Origin: Nanobdellota archaeon
GTDB lineage: Archaea > Nanobdellota > Nanobdellia > SCGC-AAA011-G17 > GW2011-AR17
DNA: 42,492 nt
Assembly: GCA_030018575.1 (NCBI GenBank)
Contig: JASEIA010000001.1
Span: 1 to 42,492, forward strand
Direction of reading: 5' to 3'
Positions 1 to 8,346 of the stretch are shown here, piece after piece (position 1 is the first letter of the stretch; each line of letters begins with the position of its first letter). Below the pieces are notes generated by a model. It was not told the DNA's origin and did no database searches. It worked only from the letters and a program-made list of their open reading frames with translations. A program made the position numbers and the translations under genes.

Positions 1-57
1 TTATCTGATGGATAATTCGGTTCAAAATGTCATATATCCCACAGAATTATCCATAGA
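1..57. repeat. Palindromic GGATAATTC-family element, copy 1 (cut by window edge)
   Basis: Arms ATGGATAATTCGG (8-20) and CAGAATTATCCAT (42-54) are inverted around a 21-nt core. Nt 1-21 are identical to 11566-11586. Confidence 0.8.
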
Positions 58-77
58 ATGGATGCAATGATTGCAGG

Positions 78-497
78 CATGATGAAAAGAAGGATTGAAA
101 AGTATAAGGCAATAGCGGGGAAGCTGTTGAAGAAGGAAGCGTTGAGCAATTAATCAGCCTTGCCAAGAAAATGAAGTAAGAGCAGGAGAGGGGCAAGAAA
201 ACAGGCTTAAGCGAGGAAGAAATTGCGTTCTATGATGCTCTTGTTGACCATGATGGGAACCAGAAAGTAATGGAAGATGAAATATTAATGAAGATTGCCA
301 GAGAGCTTGTGGAAAGCATACACAAGAGCGTAACAATTGACTGGGCAATGAAAGAAAATGTCCAGGCAGAGATGAGAGTGAAAATAAAGAAGATTCTCAG
401 AAAATACGGCTACCCGCCTGACAAACAAGAGAAAGCAACACTTACAGTTATTGAACAAGCAAAGCTTTTATGCAAAGACTTGGCGAATAATCATTAA
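78..497 (+). pseudogene. hsdR: Type I restriction enzyme R subunit (HsdR), C-terminal remnant
   Basis: Translation of 180-497 reads ..GLSEEEIAFYDALVDHDGNQ..TIDWAMKENVQAEMRVKIKKILRKYGYPPDKQEKA.., the typical HsdR C-terminal tail. There is an in-frame TAA at 177-179 and a frame change near 135-141. No helicase or nuclease body lies upstream. Confidence 0.75.
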
Positions 498-510
498 AAC
501 TTTTTGCTTG

Positions 511-600
511 CCCGAAAAGCGAATGCTTTGAGGGACTGGCGAAGCCATTCTCATATGGGCGCATTGCGCTCATCCGCTTTCTGAATGCAATCTTTATATA
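511..600 (+). promoter_or_regulatory. Conserved upstream block, copy 1: hairpins plus TATA box
   Basis: Hairpin CCCGAAAAGC-GAAT-GCTTTGAGGG (511-534), hairpin TGGGCGC-ATT-GCGCTCA (556-572) and TATA TTTATATA (593-600), 24 nt before ATG 624. Homologous to 20153-20252. Confidence 0.6.
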
Positions 601-623
601 GTTTTATCTATTAGCTATTCCAT

Positions 624-1292
624 ATGCAAGCTATTTACAATAAATTGTTTAAGAATTACGGGAAACAAGGCTGGTGGCCTTTATCCAAAGGGGGTTTGAA
701 TACTAAGCATCACAATGGGAATCCTTCTTCTGACAAGGATAAGTTTGAAATAATTGCCGGTGCTATTCTGACCCAAAACACTTCATGGACTAATGTTGAA
801 AAAGCTGTTTTTAATCTGAATAAGGCGAATATGCTTTCTGCAGATAAATTAAGAAAGGCGCCTTTGAAGAAAATTTCAGCTTTGATTAAGCCTGCAGGGT
901 ACTACAATCAGAAAGCCGAAAGATTGAAGATAATTGCTGATTATTTCCTGAAGAATAAGGAAGTTTTCCTTAAAGATGCTAAAGCTTTAAGGGAAGAATT
1001 GCTGAACGTGATTGGCATTGGGCCTGAAACGGCTGATAGCATTGTCCTGTATGCTTTTGAAAAGCCGTCATTTGTGATAGACGCCTATACAAGAAGAATA
1101 TTCTCGCGTTTGGGAATTTGCAAAGAGAATGATAAATACGAAGAAATACAGCAAAAGTTTGAAAAGCGGCTGCCTTCTGATGTTGATTTGTTCAAGGAAT
1201 ACCACGCATTGATTGTTGAGCACGCGAAAAGGCACTGCAGGAAGAAGCCTGTTTGTGAAAAGTGTATTCTAAGAAAAAAGTGCACTTATTGA
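624..1292 (+). CDS. Endonuclease III-related HhH-GPD DNA glycosylase with Fe-S cluster
   Basis: AILTQNTSW, helix-hairpin-helix GIGPETADSI, Asp in VIDAYTRR, C-terminal Cys cluster CRKKPVCEKCILRKKC, and N-terminal YGKQGWWP typical of the EndoIII-related subgroup. Confidence 0.85.
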   Translation: MQAIYNKLFKNYGKQGWWPLSKGGLNTKHHNGNPSSDKDKFEIIAGAILTQNTSWTNVEKAVFNLNKANMLSADKLRKAPLKKISALIKPAGYYNQKAERLKIIADYFLKNKEVFLKDAKALREELLNVIGIGPETADSIVLYAFEKPSFVIDAYTRRIFSRLGICKENDKYEEIQQKFEKRLPSDVDLFKEYHALIVEHAKRHCRKKPVCEKCILRKKCTY

Positions 1293-1765
1293 CTATCTTC
1301 CAAAACAGCCTTCGCGCCGGCATTCAGCCTTCTTTCCTTTGGCGTGAAGTTCAGAATCCTTTCTTCCTTGTAAGCGCCTGAGCCGTAGAAGTCATTTTTG
1401 TGTTTTACAATCACAAAGCCGTGCAAGTTTCTTTCCCCTGTTTCAATGTTCCTGCCTTCCATCCACTCGTCCCTCTGCTTCTCATCCATCTCAAAAACAT
1501 TCTTGCTTGGCTTGATTAATTGCGAGCCTTCAATAGTCGGCCTTAAGCCGCCATTCTCTTTTTTGCAGAAATAAAGCCCTAAATTGTTTATCCTTAGCTT
1601 GCTCTGGTCTATCTCGCCGAACTTTCGGGAAATCAAATATATCTTCCCGCCGCCGCCCTCAATCATCGCCTCTTTTATATCAGCCTTCATTCCAAACTGC
1701 TCTTTTAATTCAGCAAGAATCCCCTTTACTTCCCTTGTGTTCAGGATTTTGCAGTTGTATTTCAT
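1286..1765 (-). CDS. PUA-like RNA-binding protein (RsmF/NIP7-type module), tentative
   Basis: 159-aa ORF. The C-terminal HGFVIVKHKNDFYGSGAYKEERILNFTPKERRL resembles PUA-like modules. Motif-level call only. Confidence 0.35.
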   Translation of the reverse strand: MKYNCKILNTREVKGILAELKEQFGMKADIKEAMIEGGGGKIYLISRKFGEIDQSKLRINNLGLYFCKKENGGLRPTIEGSQLIKPSKNVFEMDEKQRDEWMEGRNIETGERNLHGFVIVKHKNDFYGSGAYKEERILNFTPKERRLNAGAKAVLEDSQ

Positions 1766-2757
1766 ATTGCCTCCTTCAGGAATTGTAAAGTTACTCCGTG
1801 TTCTATATCAAATGTATTTGCCTCATACAGCAGCGTGCGCCTTTTAGTCCTGTAGCTAAGCTCGCCGTTAACCTGGTACCTGACTGGTTTTTCAGAGCTG
1901 ATGTGCAGCGAGCTTGCCAGCGTGTCAAGATTCTCTCCTTCAAGAGGCCAGCCAAAATAGATTCTTGCGAGTGTTGGAATTTTCATAAGCTCTTCAAGTT
2001 CAGATGTAACGCCCCTTGCATGAAATTGGCCCGCGCTTTTATTGCCATCCTGCACCCTGTAAAAAGTTTCTGACCACGGAATCCCTATGGATCTTATAGT
2101 CTGCGCCATCAGCGCAAGGTAATTGCCTTCGTAATGCTGCTCCGCCCCGCTTACATCCGCAGCAACCTTCATTTCGGTTTTCTGGTTGAACATGCGGTAA
2201 TACCCCCCGTCGTGTATCATTGAGGAATACAGTCTGCCCATCACAAAGGCAACTCCTGCCCAGCCCAGCCTCTTGCGCTTGTATACTTCCTCAAGCAATG
2301 TAACAACGGCTCCTGTACCAAAGCTGAAGCAGTAGCTTTCAATGCCGTTGTTGTCTTCTACCTTCAAGAAATCAATGGGTTGTTTATCAATGCCTTCCCG
2401 GCTTATTATCCGCATGATGTAATCTCTTACCTTTTTCTTCCTGACACGGCACTGCCTTGCGAGAACATTAAACCTTCCGCCGCGCAGAAGACCTATATCC
2501 GGGTACCCCTCTGCTTCAGGCCAATATTTCTTGAGAAAACCGACAAACCTGCACACGCCTCCGTCCCCTGTGTCAAGTATGACGTTTTTTGGATGATAAC
2601 GCTTGTATAAATCCCCCACAACTGCTTCAAGGTGCTCTACTGATTTCGTTGCAAGCACTTCTCCATCGTCTCCGACAATTCTCTTGAATCCCCTTATTCT
2701 GAAGCGGTTCCTTATGTTTTTCCACGAGTTCATATTGCTGATAATTACTGTTGACAT
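1762..2757 (-). CDS. Diacylglycerol/NAD-kinase-like (DAGK_cat fold) protein
   Basis: ORF 1762-2859 trimmed to ATG 2757, which lies 25 nt downstream of a minus-strand TATA. The VILDTGDGG motif resembles lipid-kinase catalytic domains. Confidence 0.45.
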   Translation of the reverse strand: MSTVIISNMNSWKNIRNRFRIRGFKRIVGDDGEVLATKSVEHLEAVVGDLYKRYHPKNVILDTGDGGVCRFVGFLKKYWPEAEGYPDIGLLRGGRFNVLARQCRVRKKKVRDYIMRIISREGIDKQPIDFLKVEDNNGIESYCFSFGTGAVVTLLEEVYKRKRLGWAGVAFVMGRLYSSMIHDGGYYRMFNQKTEMKVAADVSGAEQHYEGNYLALMAQTIRSIGIPWSETFYRVQDGNKSAGQFHARGVTSELEELMKIPTLARIYFGWPLEGENLDTLASSLHISSEKPVRYQVNGELSYRTKRRTLLYEANTFDIEHGVTLQFLKEAI

Positions 2758-2781
2758 TTCCTGTTTCCAGAAACCGAAGGG

Positions 2782-2790
2782 ATATATAAA
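2782..2790 (-). promoter_or_regulatory. TATA box for the 1762-2757 gene
   Basis: The minus strand reads CTTTATATATC, 25 nt upstream of ATG 2757. Confidence 0.5.
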
Positions 2791-2982
2791 GCCTTTGGAA
2801 GAAAACAGGCTTGCGCAGAAACGCTTAAAAACCAGCGCGATATTCATTTTCTTATGCACAAGCTTGACAACACAATGCCCCCATGGTTTGACATATCCCT
2901 GCTTGATATTTATAATAAAAAAAGGGATAGGTCAAGGATAAGAAAAAGGGACAGGACTTTGGACGGAATACTCAGGGGGATT

Positions 2983-3480
2983 ATGAAATGCGTGCCAAGG
3001 GAGATTTCCCATGTGAATACGCACTATCATTCATGGCTTGACATAGAGCAGATGATAAAGGAAGTTTGCGTCGGCATTCAGGAAGACAGCTACAAACCAT
3101 CGCTTGTTGTCGGCATAAAAAGCGGAGGCGCTTTCTTTGCAAGATATTTTGCAATGTGCCTTGAGGTTAATGATGTTGACTACATGCGCGTTTCGCATTA
3201 TTCTGACAAGACAAGAAGCGTTGCGCGCTCCATTACCCGGGTTAATAAGAATGCTGTTGTAAGCGAGAAAAACACACTGCCTGTTGAAGGCAGAGCTATA
3301 CTCCTTGTTGACGACCAGGCAGCAACAGGCTCAAGCCTGATTGCGGGAAAAGATTATCTTTTGAAACAGGGCGCAAGCGAAGTGAGGACAGTGTGCCTTT
3401 TTTCAAAGAAGGGGCATCTTGCGGACTATTATGCAAAGCGAGGGCTTGCAGTCTATTTCCCTTGGGGCAAGGACGCGTAA
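2983..3480 (+). CDS. Phosphoribosyltransferase-domain protein
   Basis: PRPP-binding loop ILLVDDQAATGSSL. Start moved to ATG 2983 (GGGGGA just upstream); the first 43 codons of the longer ORF (from 2854) are K/R low complexity. Confidence 0.7.
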   Translation: MKCVPREISHVNTHYHSWLDIEQMIKEVCVGIQEDSYKPSLVVGIKSGGAFFARYFAMCLEVNDVDYMRVSHYSDKTRSVARSITRVNKNAVVSEKNTLPVEGRAILLVDDQAATGSSLIAGKDYLLKQGASEVRTVCLFSKKGHLADYYAKRGLAVYFPWGKDA

Positions 3481-3524
3481 AACATGCAAAAGTTAATAAA
3501 TGATAATTTTATTCTCTTTCACGC

Positions 3525-4001
3525 ATGGCTGTAAAAACTTTGATATGGGATGTAAAAGAACTTGCAAAAGCCCTGAAGATAAAAGAGGAAGATGTTAAGC
3601 TGTATTTTACAGACGGAAGAAGGGTTTCTTTCTTAATAGAGCGGAGGATAGCTTATGAAATTATTGGAGGCACTCTTGCTGGAAGTGAAGGCGCGGGTTA
3701 TGATCTCATAGACAAAGAGGGAGACAAATGGGAAGTTAGAAGCATAAGCAAAGGGGGCATATACTTTTGCCCAAGTTATATGGTCGGTTCAGGCAGAGAG
3801 TTTGAGGAAGTTGGTTTCTTGAACAAAATAAAAGAAATTAAGGGGTATATATTAGCTGATATAACTGCTTTTCCAAATGTTCCATTTTGGATAATTCCTA
3901 AAGATATAGTGATGAAATGGTGGAATCAAGGAAAATTAGGTAAAAATTCCAAGGTAAGCAGGGATAAAGCTTTACAGCTAATTGAAGAAGCAAAATTATA
4001 G
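3525..4001 (+). CDS. Candidate type II restriction endonuclease (PD-(D/E)xK-like)
   Basis: 158-aa ORF directly upstream of a DNA methyltransferase. GYDLID-x7-WEVRSISK fits a D...ExK/R nuclease core. Confidence 0.4.
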   Translation: MAVKTLIWDVKELAKALKIKEEDVKLYFTDGRRVSFLIERRIAYEIIGGTLAGSEGAGYDLIDKEGDKWEVRSISKGGIYFCPSYMVGSGREFEEVGFLNKIKEIKGYILADITAFPNVPFWIIPKDIVMKWWNQGKLGKNSKVSRDKALQLIEEAKL

Positions 4002-4045
4002 AAAATCAGATAAAATTTCGGATTAACCGATAATTTTTCTAAGGT

Positions 4046-4064
4046 TTTTGAAAACTTTTCAAAA
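4046..4064. promoter_or_regulatory. Perfect palindrome between candidate R and M genes
   Basis: TTTTGAAAA-C-TTTTCAAAA, just upstream of an A/T-rich TATA-like stretch (GTTTAAAAGAT) and the GGAGAAAGAGG ribosome-binding site of the M gene. Confidence 0.45.
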
Positions 4065-4122
4065 TCAAACGATAAGTTTAAAAGATAAGCTATAATCATC
4101 TCATTAAGGAGAAAGAGGCGAA

Positions 4123-5355
4123 ATGGCATATCTGGAAGTAGACAAAGTAAAAGAATTTCTTAAAGAGTTTACTCTGGATAATACAGATTCCAAAACGATA
4201 ATTGATAGTGTTAAAGTTGGCAATGGGGAGATTACAAGATTTATCAATGAATTTTGGACATCAAAGCAAAGGCAGGCTTCTAGTATACACGAAGTATCTT
4301 ATAGGGCTTGCTTCAAACCGCAATTGCCTCGATTCTTTATTGAATTACTTACGGAAAAAGGCGATAAGGTCTATGATCCCTTTAGCGGAAGAGGCACAAC
4401 TGTGATTGAGGCAGGAATCTTGGGCCGCAAGGTTATTGCGAATGATATTAATCCTTTAAGCCAGATACTTTCAAAACCTCGTTTCTTTATACCGCAGTTA
4501 GGATTAGTCAAAAAAAGGCTAGATGAGATTCAAAGAGATGGCAATCTAAAAGCAGAGAAGGATTTATCTATGTTTTATAATCAACAAACTGAATCGGAAA
4601 TACTTGCGCTTAAAAATTCTCTTAAATCAGATTTGACTGCTGAAAATTATATTGATATGTGGATTAGGATGGTTGCTACAAATAGGTTGACGGGGCATTC
4701 TCCTGGTTTTTTTTCAGTATATACGCTGCCGCCTAACCAAGCCGTAACACCAGAGAATCAAATAAAAATAAATAAAAAAAGGAATCAGGCGCCTCCTTAT
4801 CGTGATACACATAAATTAATTCTTAAAAAGACAAGAGATTTAATCAAAGATTTGAGTGATGAAGAAAAAATCCAATTACAGGAAGCAGGACAAACCGCTA
4901 TTTTCCTGCAAAATGATGCAAGGCAAGTTCCTGAAATAGAAACAGAAAGTGTGCAATTAACGGTAACATCACCTCCTTTTTTAGATATCGTCCAATACTC
5001 AAAAGATAACTGGTTGCGCTGTTGGTTTAATAATATAGACTCTAAAAATGCAGAATCCAAGATTACAATGTCAAAAACGTTAGAACAATGGGCGAATGTA
5101 ATGGGCAATGTTTTCAAAGAGTTATATCGTATTACAAACCCCCGGGGCTGGGTGGCTTTTGAAGTCGGAGAAGTAAGAAAGGGCACGATAAAATTAGATG
5201 AAGCAGTTGTTCCATTGGGTTTGAATGCAGGATTTAAATGTATAGGAATTGTAATAAATCAGCAAGAGTTCACGAAAACAGCCAATATTTGGGGCGTAAG
5301 CAATAATTCCTGCGGCACAAATACAAACAGGATTGTTCTATTTTTCAAAGAATAA
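4123..5355 (+). CDS. N4/N6 DNA methyltransferase, motif I before motif IV
   Basis: FKPQLPRFFIELLTEKGDKVYDPFSGRGTTVIEA (AdoMet motif X/I) near the N-terminus and TSPPF (motif IV) about 200 aa later. Confidence 0.8.
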   Translation: MAYLEVDKVKEFLKEFTLDNTDSKTIIDSVKVGNGEITRFINEFWTSKQRQASSIHEVSYRACFKPQLPRFFIELLTEKGDKVYDPFSGRGTTVIEAGILGRKVIANDINPLSQILSKPRFFIPQLGLVKKRLDEIQRDGNLKAEKDLSMFYNQQTESEILALKNSLKSDLTAENYIDMWIRMVATNRLTGHSPGFFSVYTLPPNQAVTPENQIKINKKRNQAPPYRDTHKLILKKTRDLIKDLSDEEKIQLQEAGQTAIFLQNDARQVPEIETESVQLTVTSPPFLDIVQYSKDNWLRCWFNNIDSKNAESKITMSKTLEQWANVMGNVFKELYRITNPRGWVAFEVGEVRKGTIKLDEAVVPLGLNAGFKCIGIVINQQEFTKTANIWGVSNNSCGTNTNRIVLFFKE

Positions 5356-5398
5356 AATTGGAAAGAATAGCGCGGTCATTTGGAGCGCGCTTCCAATT
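5356..5398. terminator. Nested hairpin between the methyltransferase gene and the tRNA
   Basis: AATTGGAA...TTCCAATT outer arms with AGCGCG...CGCGCT inner arms. It lies between the convergent 3' ends. Confidence 0.5.
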
Positions 5399-5399
5399 A

Positions 5400-5525
5400 T
5401 AGCGGGAGGTGGATTTGAATTCGGCAGCGGCTCTTTCCACACCGCTTCCACCGACCTATGGGTTACCTACAAAGCATAAGCCTTGATATGGGCCCATCGG
5501 GCACTCCTGACTGCCCCATCCCGCT
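5400..5525 (-). tRNA. Initiator tRNA-Met (CAU) with two putative introns
   Basis: The minus strand reads AGCGGGA-TG-GGGC-AGTCAGGAGT-GCCC-G-ATGGG-CCCATA[23 nt]A-CCCAT-AGGTC-GGTGG-[28 nt]-TTCAAAT-CCACC-TCCCGCT-A. All four stems are perfect. It has A1:U72 and three G-C pairs closing the anticodon stem. Confidence 0.8.
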
Positions 5526-5584
5526 GAGGTTTATGATTAAGTCTTATGCTTATAAAGGTTTCGACGTCGTGCTATAAAAAAGAA

Positions 5585-5950
5585 TCATCTCTGCTTCATC
5601 AACGGAAGCTCAAACAAAGTATTCCTCTTTATTTCCAGGAATGTCACAAACTTCACAGGCGCTTCTTCCTTGTTTGTATTTAATTCAGAAGCAAGGCTTA
5701 CTGCATACTCTCCCCTGAAAAGCTTGATTTCCGCAATGCCGTTTGCATCTGCTTTTACAACTTTTTCAGGCTTTCCCTCAAAATCGCTCTTGTCCCAAAT
5801 CCAGACTTCTGCGCCTGAAAGCGGATTGTAATCGCTTCCTGTCACAGTCACCTTAAGCGTCCCGCGCGGAAAATAGTACATTGAAATGAGCAATATAACG
5901 GCAAATAATGCAATCCCCCCTATTAACTGCCTCTTTCTCAAGCTGTCCAT
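5585..5950 (-). CDS. Membrane-anchored hypothetical protein
   Basis: N-terminal TM helix LIGGIALFAVILLISMYYF followed by a beta-rich domain. ATG 5950 is preceded by AAATTTATTTAAAT. Confidence 0.5.
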   Translation of the reverse strand: MDSLRKRQLIGGIALFAVILLISMYYFPRGTLKVTVTGSDYNPLSGAEVWIWDKSDFEGKPEKVVKADANGIAEIKLFRGEYAVSLASELNTNKEEAPVKFVTFLEIKRNTLFELPLMKQR

Positions 5951-6076
5951 AGCACTAATACAATGATGAATCATTTAAATAAATTTGCTTTTCCTCAGCA
6001 CTTATTCAATAATGGCTACTGCGAAACATTTTTAAACCACCTTAACATAATTATAGTATCAATTGGAGGTGCATTT

Positions 6077-6481
6077 ATGGGACTTTTTTCAAAAAAGAAA
6101 GAACCTGAAGTCAAGACCGAACTACCGCCATTAAAGTTTCCAGAGCTTCCGCCGGAAGAGCATGAGCCCACTTCAGCAGAAACAGAAGCGCTAAAGCAGG
6201 CAGTTTCGCCGGTTTCAATGCCGCCTGTGTCAATGCCAAGAGAGGCATCCAGGTCTGAGCAAAGCGAGGAAAAGCCTTTGTTCGTTAAGGTTGAGAAATA
6301 CAGGGAAGTAATGGTTACTCTTAATGAGCTTAAGAACAAGCTCAAGGATGCAGGCGACCTGCTTGTTGAGCTCAACAAGATCAAGGAGCAGGAAGAGAGA
6401 GAATTGTCTGCATGGCAGGATGACCTGAATGCCATCAAGGAAAAACTGATTAACATTGACAGGACGCTGTTTGAGCTTTAA
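6077..6481 (+). CDS. Coiled-coil protein with MGLFSKKK N-terminus and P/E-rich linker
   Basis: GGAGGT 6 nt before ATG 6077. The C-terminal heptad-rich region reads LNELKNKLKDAGDLLVELNKIKEQEERELSAWQDDL. Confidence 0.6.
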   Translation: MGLFSKKKEPEVKTELPPLKFPELPPEEHEPTSAETEALKQAVSPVSMPPVSMPREASRSEQSEEKPLFVKVEKYREVMVTLNELKNKLKDAGDLLVELNKIKEQEERELSAWQDDLNAIKEKLINIDRTLFEL

Positions 6482-6492
6482 GGTGCAAATAA

Positions 6493-6939
6493 ATGGCGAT
6501 AAAAAAGAAGCCCCGTGAAAAGCCGGATGAGAGCATCCACGTAAGGCTTGACAATCCAACGCTGATAAGGAAAGAGAACTTGTCGCTTGCGATTGACATA
6601 ATCGGGCTTCTGAAGCGCTATTATGAATATCTTGAGATAAAGAAGCAGAAAGACGGGCTTATGAGGCTCCTGAGGGCTGACATTGCCGAAATCAAGAGGC
6701 TTACAAAGGAGCTTGTCGTCGAGGAGATGCCTGTTTCCATGAACAAGATTTTGTCTGCAGAGCAGAAAACAGAAGCCATTGCGCAGAAGGGAGAACTGCC
6801 TCCTTTGGAGCCCAAAGAGGAGAAGAAAAAAGAAGCGCCCAAACCTGCAAAGCCGCAGCTGCCAAAGCCTGCTTCAAAGCCAAAAGACAAGCTTGAGACA
6901 GAGCTTGAAGAGCTAAAGAACATGATTTCAAAGATGTAG
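6493..6939 (+). CDS. Coiled-coil protein with K/P/E-rich tail
   Basis: 148-aa ORF 11 nt after the previous gene, with similar architecture (beta-strand-like IHVRLDNP, then coiled coil). Confidence 0.6.
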   Translation: MAIKKKPREKPDESIHVRLDNPTLIRKENLSLAIDIIGLLKRYYEYLEIKKQKDGLMRLLRADIAEIKRLTKELVVEEMPVSMNKILSAEQKTEAIAQKGELPPLEPKEEKKKEAPKPAKPQLPKPASKPKDKLETELEELKNMISKM

Positions 6940-7026
6940 CTCTTTTTTATTTTTTTTATCAAACCTGCTTCATCCAAAAAATATCAAACCAAAACGCTTA
7001 TAAACCCCTCGATTTTCTATTTGCTC

Positions 7027-7221
7027 ATGGCAGTTATTCAGGAGGCTATCATCAAGCTGAAAAGCTTCTTTGTTGAATGCGTGAGGGTTGTCCGCGTGAC
7101 TAAAAAGCCGGACAAGCAGACATACCTGACAACAGTCAAGGTGTCTGCCATGGGCATGGCAATCATAGGGGCTGTGGGCTTTTTGCTTGCACTCATTGTC
7201 ACACTTGCAGGGCTGATTTGA
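7027..7221 (+). CDS. secE: Protein translocase subunit SecE / Sec61-gamma
   Basis: VRVTKKPDKQTY followed by a single C-terminal TM helix AMGMAIIGAVGFLLALIV. Immediately precedes spt5. Confidence 0.85.
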   Translation: MAVIQEAIIKLKSFFVECVRVVRVTKKPDKQTYLTTVKVSAMGMAIIGAVGFLLALIVTLAGLI

Positions 7222-7222
7222 A

Positions 7223-7714
7223 ATGGAAGAAGAACAACCGCACTTATTTGCATTGAAGACAACTGCAAACAGGGAAGACCAGGTAGTTGACTTTATACAG
7301 GCTCATGTAAAAAAGAGATGTCTTGATGTTTATTCTATCATAAAGCCGCACAAGATGAGGGGATACATATTTATCGAGGCAAAGGACAGGTCTGCCGCGA
7401 TGGAAGCTTCAAACGGCGTGCCTTATGCAAAAGGGCTTCTTGACAAGGAAGTAAGATATGAGGAAGTTGAGCCCATGCTTGAGCAGGTTAAGGTGCAGAT
7501 GAATGTCCAGATTAATGACATTGTTGAAATTATTTCCGGCCCGTTCAAGAGAGAGAAGGCAAAGGTCACGAGAATTGACCAGCAGAAAGAGGAAATCATT
7601 GTTGAGCTTTTGGAGGCAGCTGTCCCAATCCCTATTACTTTGAAGATGGACTCAGTTAAGGTTATCAGGCGTGAAGGCGAGATTAACGACGAGCCGAAAG
7701 AAGACGAGGATTAG
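7223..7714 (+). CDS. spt5: Transcription elongation factor Spt5 (NusG)
   Basis: NGN domain (ALKTTANREDQVV..YIFIEAKD) and KOW motif DIVEIISGPFKREKAKVTRID. Confidence 0.9.
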   Translation: MEEEQPHLFALKTTANREDQVVDFIQAHVKKRCLDVYSIIKPHKMRGYIFIEAKDRSAAMEASNGVPYAKGLLDKEVRYEEVEPMLEQVKVQMNVQINDIVEIISGPFKREKAKVTRIDQQKEEIIVELLEAAVPIPITLKMDSVKVIRREGEINDEPKEDED

Positions 7715-7757
7715 TTCTTTTTGCTTTCTTGAGTTTATTAGTTTAATATTAATCCAT

Positions 7758-8312
7758 CTACTTTAACAGCTCTGCTATTTCATTCCCCTTGCCTTTTTCT
7801 ATCTCATCCAATGAAAGCCCCTCTAATTCGTGCGGAAAGACAAGCCATTTGTCTGTCTCGTGAATGTAGAAATCAGGCTTTATGCTTGTCTTGTTGTTTT
7901 GCGGCTTGAAATAAACGCTTGCAATCCTTATGTCGGAAGGCATGTTTGCCCTTGACTCCTCTCTCAGCTTTTTTATCAAAGCCTCGATTGTTTTTCCGCT
8001 GTCAAAAACATCATCTATTATTAAAAGCCTGTCTGAATTGTTCGCCCTATTTACAATGTAATCCAGGCCGTGAATCCTTACAATCTCATCAGCTTCCTCT
8101 ATTCCCGTATATCTTGAGGTTCTTGTCGCAATGTGGTCTGCCTTAATGCCTTTTGTTTTCAAAAATTCCTGCACATAGCAGCCTACCGGAGTGCCTCCTC
8201 TCCATAATGCAACCATAAAGCTTGGCTTGAAGCCTGAGTCATAAACCTGCTTTGCAAGCCTGTAAGAATCAAGCTGAAGCTCATCTGCTGTTATGAAAAG
8301 CTTGTCTGCCAT
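7758..8312 (-). CDS. Purine-type phosphoribosyltransferase
   Basis: ALWRGGTPVG and PRPP loop LLIIDDVFDSGKT. Confidence 0.75.
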   Translation of the reverse strand: MADKLFITADELQLDSYRLAKQVYDSGFKPSFMVALWRGGTPVGCYVQEFLKTKGIKADHIATRTSRYTGIEEADEIVRIHGLDYIVNRANNSDRLLIIDDVFDSGKTIEALIKKLREESRANMPSDIRIASVYFKPQNNKTSIKPDFYIHETDKWLVFPHELEGLSLDEIEKGKGNEIAELLK

Positions 8313-8346
8313 AAAGAAGGGATGTATGGCTTGCTTAAATATCTTT

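Noticed and set aside
2854-2982. Long N-terminal extensions proposed by the ORF track: 2854 for the PRTase, 2859 for the kinase-like gene, 14843 for S7, 24877 for Rrp41, 32272 for the AAA ATPase, 40250 for the radical SAM gene, and 5963, 27924, 36140 and 41476.
   Set aside because: Internal ATGs with TATA boxes at 24-34 nt or GGAGG-like sites, tight junctions with upstream stops, and homolog N-terminal motifs fit better. The extensions are low-complexity or overlap neighbouring genes.
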